Source: a bacterium
Lineage (GTDB): Bacteria; SM23-31
Length of the DNA: 64,000 bases
NCBI GenBank assembly: GCA_965249485.1
Contig: OZ252239.1
Coordinates: 1,024,001 to 1,088,000, forward strand
Reading direction: 5' to 3'
In this document: positions 43,878 through 54,289 of the stretch, one piece after another
Numbering within the stretch: the first letter of the stretch is position 1
Layout: each line of letters begins with the position of its first letter
Position numbers and translations under genes: made by a program
Notes under the pieces: model-generated
Databases searched by the model: none
The model's input: the letters and a program-made list of their open reading frames with translations, nothing else
What the model was told of the DNA's origin: nothing

Positions 43878-45578
43878 TTGATCACTACACACAACACTAA
43901 CAAAAATCAACCGCAATTTGTTATCGGTGTGGATTTCGGCACCGATTCTGTTCGGTCCGTAATTGTCGACGCTTCAAATGGTGAAGAAGCCGGAAATTCT
44001 GTAAATCATTACTCCCGATGGAATGATGGCAAATATTGTGACGCTTCCAAAAATCAGTTCAGACAGCATCCGCTTGATTTTATCGAGTCCTTAGAAGAGT
44101 CCATAAAAGACGCAATTAGTGAATTACCGGAAGGCGCATCTAAATATATAAAAGGGATATCTGTCGACACAACCGGGTCTACACCTGTTGCAGTGGACAA
44201 AAATGGACTGCCTCTTGCTTTGACACCGGGTTTCGAGGAAAATCCGAATGGGATGTTCATTCTTTGGAAGGATCATACCGCTGTACAGGAAGCCGCAGAT
44301 ATAAATAATGCAGCCCGTTCATGGGAGAGTATCGATTATACGCAATATGTCGGTGGTGTTTATTCATCAGAGTGGTTCTGGGCAAAAGCACTCCATGTGT
44401 TAAGGACTGATGAAACTGTGCGGGATGCAGCTTATTCGTGGGTTGAACATTGCGACTGGATACCTGCATTGCTAACCGGCAATACTGATCCGCTTGCTAT
44501 GAAAAGGAGCAGATGCGCGGCAGGTCACAAAGCAATGTGGAACAACTCTTATAACGGTCTACCTCCGGAAGACTTTTTAATTTCAATCGACCCATTATTT
44601 AAAGGATTAAGAGAAAGGTTATTTAAGAAAACGTATACGTGTGATGTTAAAGCCGGAATGATGTCCTCGGAATGGGTGAATCGTCTTGGATTGCATGAAC
44701 ATGTTTCTGTAGGTGTAGGCGCATTTGATGCACATTTGGGGGCTGTCGGTGTGGAGATCGAACCGTATGTCCTTTGCAAAGTAATGGGTACTTCGACCTG
44801 CGATATGCTTGTTGTACCGAATGAAGAAATAGGTGAAACCATTGTTAAAGGAATTTGTGGGCAGGTTGATGGATCTATTATTCCGGGTATGATTGGTATG
44901 GAGGCAGGTCAGTCGGGTTTTGGAGATATTTACGCATGGTTCAAAGATATTATTATGAATCCGGTGGAAAATTTTTTTGCGGATAATACACGTTTGGAGC
45001 CTGCTGTAAAAGAACATATTCTTTCAGACTTTTCGAAAAATCTGATACCCAATTTGTCTCGTGAAGCTCAGAATGTTCCAGTTGATGAATCAGGTATTAT
45101 TGCCCTGGACTGGATGAATGGACGAAGGACTCCCGATGCTAATCAAGCCCTTGAGGGGGTTTTGACCGGGTTAAATCTTAGTTCTGATACCCCAAAGATA
45201 TTCAGAGCACTTGTTGAAGCAACAGGATACGGTGCCAGAAAGATCGTTGAGCGGTTCAATTCAGAAGGAGTAAAAATTGATGGAGTGATAGGTTTGGGAG
45301 GAATACCCAAAAAATCTCCTTTTATTATGCAGACTATTACGGATATTCTGAATAAACCGATAAAGATCGCACGTTCCGAACAAGCATGTGCTCTCGGTTC
45401 AGCGATGGCAGCGGCTGCAGTTTCTGGGATATATTCTACATTAGAAGAAGCCCAAAAGGCAATGGGAAAAGGATTCGAAAAGGAATATTATCCCGATCCG
45501 GTTAGAGCGAAAAAATATAATGAGTTATATAAAAAATATTTATATCTCGGAGATTTTGTTGAGAATCATTTTTCTTAG
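43878..45578 (+). CDS. araB: Ribulokinase
   Basis: GVDFGTDSVR, LWKDHTA, YSSEWFWAK, CAAGHKAMW, GQSGFGD, DWMNGRRTP. Confidence 0.93.
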   Translation: MITTHNTNKNQPQFVIGVDFGTDSVRSVIVDASNGEEAGNSVNHYSRWNDGKYCDASKNQFRQHPLDFIESLEESIKDAISELPEGASKYIKGISVDTTGSTPVAVDKNGLPLALTPGFEENPNGMFILWKDHTAVQEAADINNAARSWESIDYTQYVGGVYSSEWFWAKALHVLRTDETVRDAAYSWVEHCDWIPALLTGNTDPLAMKRSRCAAGHKAMWNNSYNGLPPEDFLISIDPLFKGLRERLFKKTYTCDVKAGMMSSEWVNRLGLHEHVSVGVGAFDAHLGAVGVEIEPYVLCKVMGTSTCDMLVVPNEEIGETIVKGICGQVDGSIIPGMIGMEAGQSGFGDIYAWFKDIIMNPVENFFADNTRLEPAVKEHILSDFSKNLIPNLSREAQNVPVDESGIIALDWMNGRRTPDANQALEGVLTGLNLSSDTPKIFRALVEATGYGARKIVERFNSEGVKIDGVIGLGGIPKKSPFIMQTITDILNKPIKIARSEQACALGSAMAAAAVSGIYSTLEEAQKAMGKGFEKEYYPDPVRAKKYNELYKKYLYLGDFVENHFS

Positions 45579-45587
45579 GAGACAATT

Positions 45588-46283
45588 TTGACATCCTTTA
45601 AAACTCTTAAAGAAATATCTTGGAAGTGTAATATGGAGCTATTTAAGAGTGGGGTTGTCATATATACTTTTGGCAATGTGAGCGCTTTCGATAAGGATAA
45701 AGGGGTGTTTGCGATCAAACCGAGCGGAATGCCTTATGATAGTCTCAAGCCTGAAGATATGGTAATTGTTGACCTGGAAAACAACGTGGTCGCAGGTAAA
45801 CTCAATCCGTCTTCGGATACCAAGACCCATACGGTATTATACAATAAATTTCCAGGGATAGGAGGCATAGCTCATACACATTCCACTTATGCTGTTTCAT
45901 GGGCGCAGGCTATGAGACCTATACCCATAATGGGAACAACCCACGCCGACCATCTTAGTGAAGATATTCCCTGCACTGAAGTTATGAGTGATGAAATGAT
46001 CCAAAAAGATTATGAAGAACAGACAGGATACCAAATTGTGCAGGAATTCAAGGAACGGTCATATAAAGAGATCGAAATGGTCCTTGTTGCCGGTCATGGT
46101 CCTTTCTCCTGGGGTGATACCGCTGATAAAGCAGTCTATAATAGTGTTATGCTTGAAGAAATTGCAAAAATGGCGTCACATACATTGGAGATCAATCCAA
46201 AAACAGGCACCTTAAAACCCGAATTGATTAAAAAACACTATTTGAGAAAACATGGCAAGGACGCTTATTACGGGCAAAAATAA
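45588..46283 (+). CDS. araD: L-ribulose-5-phosphate 4-epimerase
   Basis: TFGNVS, IKPSG, PSSDTKTH, HTHS, GTTHAD, KHGKDAYYGQK. Confidence 0.95.
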   Translation: MTSFKTLKEISWKCNMELFKSGVVIYTFGNVSAFDKDKGVFAIKPSGMPYDSLKPEDMVIVDLENNVVAGKLNPSSDTKTHTVLYNKFPGIGGIAHTHSTYAVSWAQAMRPIPIMGTTHADHLSEDIPCTEVMSDEMIQKDYEEQTGYQIVQEFKERSYKEIEMVLVAGHGPFSWGDTADKAVYNSVMLEEIAKMASHTLEINPKTGTLKPELIKKHYLRKHGKDAYYGQK

Positions 46284-46340
46284 AAATGAATAAATCGTTC
46301 GTTGTGGTTAAAACGGGCTAAATTTGCGAGAGAAATTTAT

Positions 46341-47825
46341 ATGGAAAATGTGCCGGATTTAAAATTGGGAATTATTGCGGTAAGCAGAGATTGTTTTCCG
46401 ATTGAATTGTCAAGAAAGAGACTGCACAATGTCGTGCAATCATTCCAAAAATTCAAAAGTGATCTTTCTGTATTAGAAACGATCATAGAAAATGAAAATG
46501 ATGTAAACAAAGCATTAAATGAGATCAGTGAAAAAAGAATAAATTCTCTTGTAGTGTATCTTGGAAATTTCGGTCCTGAAGGTCCGTTATCAATTCTGGT
46601 ACAAAAATTCGACGGACCTTCTATGGTCCTTGCCGCCGCTGAGGAATCGGGTAAAGATCTTATTAATGGCAGGGGGGACGCGTATTGCGGACTTTTAAGT
46701 GCTTCTTACAATTTCGGTTTGCGTAATCTGTCACCGCATATCCCCGAAAATCCGGTTTGCCTTCCGGACGAAGCAGCTGAATATATTAATAGTTTTATAC
46801 CAATTGCAAGAACCTATATCGGGTTAAAAAATTTAAAAATATTTTCTTTTGGTCCACGTCCTTTTGATTTTCTAACTTGCCATGCTCCCATCAAACCATT
46901 ATTCAATATTGGTGTGGAAATTATGGAAAACAGCGAGTTAGATCTTTATGATCTCTATTTATCTGCCGAAAATGACCCGGATATAAAAAGCATTGCCGCA
47001 GACATGGCTGAAGAGCTGGGTACGGGAAACACGTATCCTGAATTACTGGAAAACCTCGCACAATATGAAGTTGCATTGACGAAATTTATGAAAGAAAACC
47101 TTGGCACTTCAAAATATGGTGTGTTTGCTAATAAATGCTGGCCAGGGTTTGAAAAGTTTTTCAAATTTGTCCCTTGTTTTGTGAATTCACGGCTTGCTTC
47201 AAGAGGTATCCCCGTTGCCTGCGAATCCGATATTTATGGCGCTCTTAGTGAATATATTGTAACCTGCTCGACCGAACTGCCCGCGGCTATCCTCGATATC
47301 AATAATACAGTACCGCATGATCTGCTGGAGGGTCATGAAGATATTGCAAAGGATTATCAATCAACCGATCTGTTTATGGGATTTCATTGTGGAAATACCG
47401 CATCGGGATGTATGATAAATCCTGAAATAAAATATCAGCTCATTATGCACAGGGTCATGGAGCCCGGTCAGGAGCCGGATATTACGCGGGGGACTCTTGA
47501 AGGCAGGTTCAAACCGGGTGGAATGACGATTTTCAGGCTTCAATCAACTGCAGAGGCTGAATTAAAAGCGTATGTTGCCGAAGGCGAAATTCTTGATCTT
47601 GATCCTAAGTCATTTGGGTGTATCGGAATCTTTGGAATAAAAGAAATGGGGAGATTTTACCGTCATGTTCTTATTGAAAAGAAATTTCCTCATCATACTG
47701 CGGTGGCATTTAACCGGTCAGGAAGAATACTGCATGATATAGTTAAATTAATAGGTGTTGATGATATATCGTTTAATCATCCAAAAGAGATACTTTATAA
47801 ATCAGAGATTAGATTTCAAGATTGA
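46341..47825 (+). CDS. L-fucose/L-arabinose isomerase family protein
   Basis: SRDCFP, GNFGPEGP, RGDAYCG, CESDIYGAL, FHCGNT, FPHH; ATG at 46341. Confidence 0.85.
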   Translation: MENVPDLKLGIIAVSRDCFPIELSRKRLHNVVQSFQKFKSDLSVLETIIENENDVNKALNEISEKRINSLVVYLGNFGPEGPLSILVQKFDGPSMVLAAAEESGKDLINGRGDAYCGLLSASYNFGLRNLSPHIPENPVCLPDEAAEYINSFIPIARTYIGLKNLKIFSFGPRPFDFLTCHAPIKPLFNIGVEIMENSELDLYDLYLSAENDPDIKSIAADMAEELGTGNTYPELLENLAQYEVALTKFMKENLGTSKYGVFANKCWPGFEKFFKFVPCFVNSRLASRGIPVACESDIYGALSEYIVTCSTELPAAILDINNTVPHDLLEGHEDIAKDYQSTDLFMGFHCGNTASGCMINPEIKYQLIMHRVMEPGQEPDITRGTLEGRFKPGGMTIFRLQSTAEAELKAYVAEGEILDLDPKSFGCIGIFGIKEMGRFYRHVLIEKKFPHHTAVAFNRSGRILHDIVKLIGVDDISFNHPKEILYKSEIRFQD

Positions 47826-48172
47826 TCAGACCGTTTCTAAAATTGCAGGAAAAAAATATAGCGGATACTGCAGTTTTCGAATTTGGTAGTCGGGACTGGT
47901 TTACGATTGGACTATTTATTTTGGGGTTAGTTGGAATTATTGTCCGAGTATTACGTCAGAAAGAAGATACAACTACCAACTATTTTCTTGCAGGACGAAA
48001 CATCGGATGGGTAGTTATAGGTGTATCTATATTCGCCTCAAATATCAGTTCGGAACATTTGGTCGGTTTGGCAGGAGCAGGTGCTGATAGTGGTATGGTG
48101 ATGGCGCATTGGGAAATTTAGGCATGGCTCATACTAGTTTTGGGATGGGTTTTTGTACCATTTTATGCCTGA
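47822..48172 (+). pseudogene. N-terminal stub of sodium:solute symporter
   Basis: YFLAGRNIGW, SIFASNISSEHLVGLAGAG, WEI*AWLILVLGWVFVPFY, then ends. Confidence 0.8.
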
Positions 48173-48318
48173 TGAAGACTAGATCAGAGGATTAACGTAC
48201 GGCTCCGAATCCCCTGAATGAGAAATAGCTGAAACAAGTGGGATGTCATCCATACCGGCATACTATTAAGTATTGTTACAGGTTTCTATAATTATTTCCG
48301 GTAAACCTATTAAATAAT

Positions 48319-48897
48319 ATGATCAAAGTTCATAATGAGGTTCGAGGATTAATTTTTGATTGTGACGGGACTCTTGTCGATACAATGCCGCTCCATATTA
48401 CAGCTTGGGAAAATGCTTTTCTTGATTTCGGTGCAAAGTGTACAATTGATTTTCTTGATCCGTTGAAAGGTATGAAGGAAGAACAAATTGTGGAATTGTA
48501 TAATACACGATACGATAACGATCTCAACGGTAAAGAGCTCGTACAGCGAAAGCATAAATATTATTGGGAAAGTCTTAATGACGTAAAATTGATTAAACCG
48601 GTGGCTGATGTTGTATATAAATATAATAAAACTTACCCGATGGCTGTTGTTTCAGGCGGAACAGAAAAAAACGTAAACCACGTTTTGGAATTAACCAATA
48701 TCAAACACTTTTTTTCAGCTATCGTTACTGCAGACGATAATTTTGAACCTAAACCGTCACCTGAAGGTTTTCTGGAAACAGCAAAGAAGATTGGTGTAGA
48801 ACCGATATTATGTCAGGTATTTGAAGATGGCGATTTAGGTATAGAAGCTGCACAAAAAGCGGGGATGCATATTACAGATGTAAGACAGTATTTATAA
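48319..48897 (+). CDS. HAD-family phosphatase (beta-phosphoglucomutase/YqaB-like)
   Basis: FDCDGTLVD, KPSPE, VFEDGDLG. Confidence 0.88.
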   Translation: MIKVHNEVRGLIFDCDGTLVDTMPLHITAWENAFLDFGAKCTIDFLDPLKGMKEEQIVELYNTRYDNDLNGKELVQRKHKYYWESLNDVKLIKPVADVVYKYNKTYPMAVVSGGTEKNVNHVLELTNIKHFFSAIVTADDNFEPKPSPEGFLETAKKIGVEPILCQVFEDGDLGIEAAQKAGMHITDVRQYL

Positions 48898-48949
48898 AAA
48901 TAAATAGTGAATATTGTAGGGATTCAGAACAAGTTGGACTGTATTAATT

Positions 48950-48990
48950 GAAAATTAAGAGATACATTTTGTCTTTGCAAGAAATTTTTA
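48950..48990. repeat. Junction repeat, left arm
   Basis: aaatta-17-ttgcaagaaattttta. Confidence 0.6.
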
Positions 48991-49325
48991 TTTATATCCT
49001 TCCGTAAAATGTCTTTCCAGACAACTCTCCACCAACATACATAGCGATACAAAAATTTTTTACCTATAAGGACGTTTTTAACGAATGGATAATCGAAAAT
49101 ATTAGGCAAAACCGAATTATCCGATCTGTCCAAAATGATTCGTACTGACACAATTGCATCTATTGAACGAGTATCTCAGATAAATGATCAACATGTATGC
49201 AATAGGTATCGGATTGGTGTTAGATAGTGAACTGTAGACAAAATATGAACGATTTCGGAAAAAAAGGGACAAACTATTCAGTGAAACTAGGAAGGATAAT
49301 TGAGCTAAACTGTTGTTTTCATTAG

Positions 49326-49383
49326 TGGTGCGAGAGGGGGGACTCGAACCCCCACAGGTTTAAGCCTACTGGATCCTAAATCC
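49326..49383 (-). tRNA. 3' half of tRNA-Leu(TAG); 5' half absent (att-site remnant)
   Basis: Minus strand GGA-TTTAGGA-TCCAG, long variable arm, GGGGGTTCGAGTCCCCC, CTCTCGCACCA; no D-arm or acceptor 5' strand upstream. Confidence 0.8.
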
Positions 49384-49739
49384 TTTTTTCGCCCCTTTTA
49401 TGCTAAACAATAACAAACAATGACAACTCATAATAAAGTGGTAAATCTCTATTAATTCAAATATTTAGCGAATTCAAGCTCGAAATTGCAGTTTTAGAAA
49501 AAAAGGAATAATTTGGGCATAATCTTACCTAAAACAATTTCGAATCTAACATTATAATCCCAAAACCTTCTGAGAATCCCACAGATTAATCGCCGTCAAA
49601 AGATCTAAATATCTAATGTAACATATTAATAAGTATATAAACCAGATAGAGAAAGATAAGATCAACCTATTCACTCCTTATCGTTAAAGACAACATGAAT
49701 AACTGATCACCCATTTGCAGTCAACTACATACGAAACAG

Positions 49740-51166
49740 CTACTGACACCAATCTACAATTGCTTTCGCTGTTACTTTGATTGCCCTGATGTAGTCCGGC
49801 AAATCGACCCACTCGTCATGAAGCCCATTCTGGATTAAATTACCTCCCAATGGACCATAGCCCACCGCGGGAATTCCGCTGAACAGAAAGGGATTAATGA
49901 TTGAGCTTGCTGTGTGCAGAGGATTAACAAACGGCTTTTCACCGGTAACTGTTTGTATAGAATTACTAACTGTTTGGTATAAGGGATGTTTAACCGGTAG
50001 TTCCATTCCATCCGCACCGTATAGCCATACTATCGATGGTGGATGTTCCTTCAGCCAGGGATCCGATTCAGCCACTTCAGCAATACAATCTGCCACTTCT
50101 TTCTGAACTTGCCTAAGATTTTCAATGGGCGGAAACGTGAGAGATGCACTAATTGTACTTTTTGTTGGAATTCCTATTCCTTCACTGCTGATTTGGCTTA
50201 TGAGTAAATTAGTAGACCTGCCGACCTTATCATCAATAGGTTTATAATAGACCCGCTCGCCTCTTTGTTCATTCAGTCTATCAAGTGCCTGCTTAATTAA
50301 AACCGCCTTGTCAATAGCGTTGGTTCCAAGATGAGCGAATACTGTTTTTCCCGGCTCTGTCGTGGGTGGCTGCTGCCCGGTGACAGTAACCCGGAAACTC
50401 AGCGTACCGGATGAAACAGCTTTAATCTCCCTCAATCCCACACCTGACTCAGGTGGATGCAGGTATATACAGCCATCTGCATGGTACCCCCTGTTCAACA
50501 GAGCAATGATACCTCGTGCGTTTTGCTTGGTTGTTGCACTCCCGAGATAGATATCACCTCCGGGATGTATCCCTGCATTACGTAAAGCATTCAGGGCTTC
50601 AGCGATAATCGCAACACCCCCCAGGTCATCCGCAACACCCCACCCATAGATTTTATCTTCTTCAATTTCGGCAGCAAATGGATCATGCGTCCAATCTTCA
50701 GTAAGCAGTTATGGGTACGGGATCCGGGTGAGCATACAGCAAGAGACTTCTACCATCACCGCTACCGGGATAGGTACCCACGACGGTTATGCGTTCTATA
50801 TTGTTAATGGCCTCCTCAGCTGCAAACTCATGCTCCATTTTGATGTTTGCTGGGAAAACCCTGAGTACTTCTACCGTACATCCCAGCTCTTCAAACCGCT
50901 TTGCCACAAGGGTTTGAATCAGTTTCTTCGCCCTCACCTTGTGCTTTGATGAGCTCCTTTAGGAATTCGATGTGTTCTTCTTTATTGTTGTCAATTGTAT
51001 CGAATAAGACCTGTACCTCTTTTGTATTTGTCACCTGTTTCATTTGGTTACTGTGAACTCTATTGCCGGAATCAACATTATTGAGATCCGTACAGAATAA
51101 CAATAAAATAATCATTCCTATTATTACCGATTTAAAAAAAGATTGTGATACTACGTCACAGTTCAT
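49740..51166 (-). pseudogene. M20/ArgE-DapE family exported amidohydrolase, split by frameshifts
   Basis: GRSLLLYAHPD, IYGWGVADDLGG (50600-50690), LHPPESG, YGPLGGN, DEWV. Confidence 0.8.
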
Positions 51167-51198
51167 TTTTTCTCCATAAATAGATAGTTTCAGTAAAT

Positions 51199-51242
51199 AT
51201 AAGTATTTTCTGCTCGTCAGTTTGTACGTTCTGCGAACCTTT
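51199..51242. repeat. Junction repeat, degenerate
   Basis: aagtattttctgctcgtcagtttgtacgttctgcgaaccttt. Confidence 0.75.
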
Positions 51243-51274
51243 GAAGTTGATAGATAAGAAATATCTTATATTCT

Positions 51275-51649
51275 CTAACTATCAAAACTTTTCAATGCAA
51301 TATCCACAGCTTTCCGAAGGATTGATAAACTCATTGGTTTATTAAGACAATCATTAAAGCCAATTGAATTTAATTCTTCACTTTCAAACAATTCCCCTGA
51401 TCCGGAACACGCAATTATATATACATCTAAATATTTCTCTCTAATTTTTTTGCACAGATCAATGCCATTCATTTCAGGCATATTAATATCAAGAAAAATA
51501 ACCTTATATGATTCATTCTTTAAGATTGTTAATGCTTCCTTTCCACTCGTTGTTGTCCTTACGTCACAATCCATACTCTCAAATAAAATAGAAAGGGCAT
51601 CGAGCAACTCTATATCATCATCAACCAAAAGAATTTTCCTTGTACGCAT
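51275..51649 (-). CDS. Single-domain response regulator (receiver)
   Basis: ILLVDDD, LDINMPEMNG, KP. Confidence 0.9.
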   Translation of the reverse strand: MRTRKILLVDDDIELLDALSILFESMDCDVRTTTSGKEALTILKNESYKVIFLDINMPEMNGIDLCKKIREKYLDVYIIACSGSGELFESEELNSIGFNDCLNKPMSLSILRKAVDIALKSFDS

Positions 51650-51753
51650 TTGCCTTGCTCCAATACTGTCTCTTAACTTTAATCTTCTAAAATGTCCAGT
51701 AGATTCAGAATCCCTAATTTTTACGTTGTAAGAACATATTGGACAATATTAGT

Positions 51754-51823
51754 TAAATATTAAGAGATACTTATGGCTTATACAAGTATTATCTACTCCT
51801 CGGGCTGTACGATTTTTGACTTT
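51754..51823. repeat. Junction repeat, full copy
   Basis: atacaagtattatctactcctcgggctgtacgatttttgac; overlaps stop at 51822. Confidence 0.88.
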
Positions 51824-52449
51824 AGCGAATGAGATAGAGCTCCTTTTGCGGTGGAGATAAATATTCGACTCCACTTTCGGTAGCAATCGCCTACTCATGA
51901 TCCCAAAATAATAAATATTGATCTTCGTGTTCGTTGGATGTAGGTGACGGCATATAGAAAAATTATTCTAAAACAAAGTGGTGATTGGGCGAGAGTGGTA
52001 CATCATACGTCCAATCCGGACCATAAGAACCCATCCTGGGTCCAAGATAAATATCGTGCTTCCTCCCACTTGCTCCTTTTCCCTTGCCATGTAAGTCGAT
52101 AGAAAGCAGGATTTTATCAGGATCAAAACTCATGGAATAAACAGGAAAATCATTCTTTGGCTGAACCATATGCATTTGGGGGTCCACAACTACAATCCCT
52201 GCATCATCAAATTTCCGTTTGTAATTTTTAATTATTTCACGAGGGGTAAGTCCAGCCTTGACCGTTTCTACAAGAATCTTATCGATTTTCAAATATTCTG
52301 CCCAGAGTTTTTTGATTTCCGAAGGCGATTCGGTCTCACCTTCACGGAGCACATAGGCGTACATTCCCTGGCTTGGTGCTGCAACAATGTCGCCTCCCCG
52401 TATTACATTGTTTTCATTACCTGGACCTGCAGACCTGTGTTTAAGGTTG
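51822..52449 (-). pseudogene. 3' remnant of M24-like paralog with two nonsense codons
   Basis: Aligns with C-terminal part of 55417-56841; LE*F and DHE*A stops; 5' part replaced by fucosidase. Confidence 0.8.
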
Positions 52450-54003
52450 TCAGTCGAACTTCCTTACGATCTTGAATACATAGGCATGGTCACCGGGCCT
52501 CTCGGCCGGAGTCTTGATAGAAAGACCACCACCCGCAATTTCCTTCCCTTCATGCCATAACCTACCGGTCCATTCTCCTTCGACCCATTTCCACTCCAGG
52601 GGCTGGCCGTCGCCCAGCATGGTGATCTCTTGAATTTCATTCTCATACAATGGACCTAAACCATTTAAGCCCCTGTTAAATGTTTTTATCAAAATTTCTT
52701 CTCCCGGCCAGTCCAGAACAATAGCATACAGGGTATCCCCCTTAACTGTGAAACGGATATCCTCAGGTGTATATTCTTGTTCCTCACCCCGGAATTCTCC
52801 TTCTTCCATGGATGGCCCTTCACCCGCCTTGATCCATGCCGATGTCCCGTAGATAGCTTCCCCGTTGATATCGAGCCATTTGCCCATGCCCAGTAGTTTT
52901 TCCGCTGCCTCCTCCGGGATACTGCCATCCGCTTTGGGTCCTACATTCAGAAGGAGGTATCCGTTCTTGCTCACCCGGTCGACCAGGTTGTCCACCAGCG
53001 TGTTTACCGATTTGTAACTGGTTCCCTCAACATATCCCCATCCGCCGTTGACATCGACATCGGTATCGGTGATCCACTCGTTGTATGTGAGTTTATGCTC
53101 CTGACCACCCTCAAGGTCCGTTAAACCGGCAAGCGGCGGGATGTCATTGTCCTTGTATGTCAGGACCACCTCCTTGCCGTTCTTCAGGGCATTGTTATAA
53201 TAATAGACAGTGACCTTCCTGTAGTAGTCCTCGCGTACCAGCTCCAGGAAGGATTCGAACCAGATGAAATCCGGATCATACTTATCGATCACCTCCATGA
53301 TTTTTCCGCTGTAGTGATCCAGCCATTCCTTTGTAGGTTCAACACCTTCTTCATGGATGAACCCGTACAATCCTGAATATTCCGGATTTGAACTATCATA
53401 TCTTTCATCCCAGACTGGAAAGTAGAACCAGCTGGCAGAATGATGAAACGTGGTCACGAACTTCATGTCCCTTGCCTTAATAGCCTTTTCCAGTTCCCCC
53501 ACGATATCTCTCTTTGGACCCATTTTGGCAGCATTCCAGTCTGAATACCTAGTATCCCACATGGCGAAGCCGTCGTGGTGCTCGGCCACGGGTCCCGCGA
53601 ACTTCGCACCGGCCCTGGCAAAAAGATCGGCCCATTCAGCGGCATCAAATTTTTCAGCTTTGAACATAGGGACAAGATCCTTATAGCCCACTCCGTCACT
53701 GAGTTTTCCGTACTTGCTTTCAAAGTCCTTCCGCTGCCAGTCATCGGGCCTGTTATAGACGTTATAAACATACCATGTGGCATTATCACCCATTGCGTGC
53801 ACCGAATAAACTCCCCAGTGGGTGTAAATACCGAATTTCCCGTCCCGGAGCCATTGCGGGGTGGTATGCCGATTTAGGGAAACCCAGTCTGCTTCATATT
53901 TAGCGGAATTCAGGTCGGTCTTTTTCTCCGGACCCTCTGCCTGTTGACAGCCCAACACCATGACCAATATTAGGATTGCACATACAACGTGTCGAGTAGA
54001 CAT
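52450..54003 (-). CDS. Alpha-L-fucosidase (GH29) lipoprotein
   Basis: KFGIYTHWGVYSV, AEHHDGFAMW, VSKNGYLLLNVGP, NGEAIYGT. Confidence 0.9.
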   Translation of the reverse strand: MSTRHVVCAILILVMVLGCQQAEGPEKKTDLNSAKYEADWVSLNRHTTPQWLRDGKFGIYTHWGVYSVHAMGDNATWYVYNVYNRPDDWQRKDFESKYGKLSDGVGYKDLVPMFKAEKFDAAEWADLFARAGAKFAGPVAEHHDGFAMWDTRYSDWNAAKMGPKRDIVGELEKAIKARDMKFVTTFHHSASWFYFPVWDERYDSSNPEYSGLYGFIHEEGVEPTKEWLDHYSGKIMEVIDKYDPDFIWFESFLELVREDYYRKVTVYYYNNALKNGKEVVLTYKDNDIPPLAGLTDLEGGQEHKLTYNEWITDTDVDVNGGWGYVEGTSYKSVNTLVDNLVDRVSKNGYLLLNVGPKADGSIPEEAAEKLLGMGKWLDINGEAIYGTSAWIKAGEGPSMEEGEFRGEEQEYTPEDIRFTVKGDTLYAIVLDWPGEEILIKTFNRGLNGLGPLYENEIQEITMLGDGQPLEWKWVEGEWTGRLWHEGKEIAGGGLSIKTPAERPGDHAYVFKIVRKFD

Positions 54004-54122
54004 AATTGATCCTCATTCATAGAATATATACCTATTATCAAACTTCTATATGACGCTAATTTAAGATGTGATATTCTTGGTCAAAGCGTAAGAGCCTACC
54101 GGTTGCTATGATATGTTAGATA

Positions 54123-54191
54123 TAAATGGTAAGGTATTCATGTGGTTTTTACAAGCATTATCTACTCTCCGTACTGTACTAATTGCGGACC
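54123..54191. repeat. Junction repeat, full copy
   Basis: atggta-17-ttacaagcattatctactctccgtactgtactaattgcggacc. Confidence 0.85.
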
Positions 54192-54289
54192 ATACTGTTC
54201 AAAAAACAGAAATTTTAAATATGCATTTAATATTAAATGCACTATTGTAAAATCTATTGAGGAAATAATGGTCTGGAGACGTACTTTTC

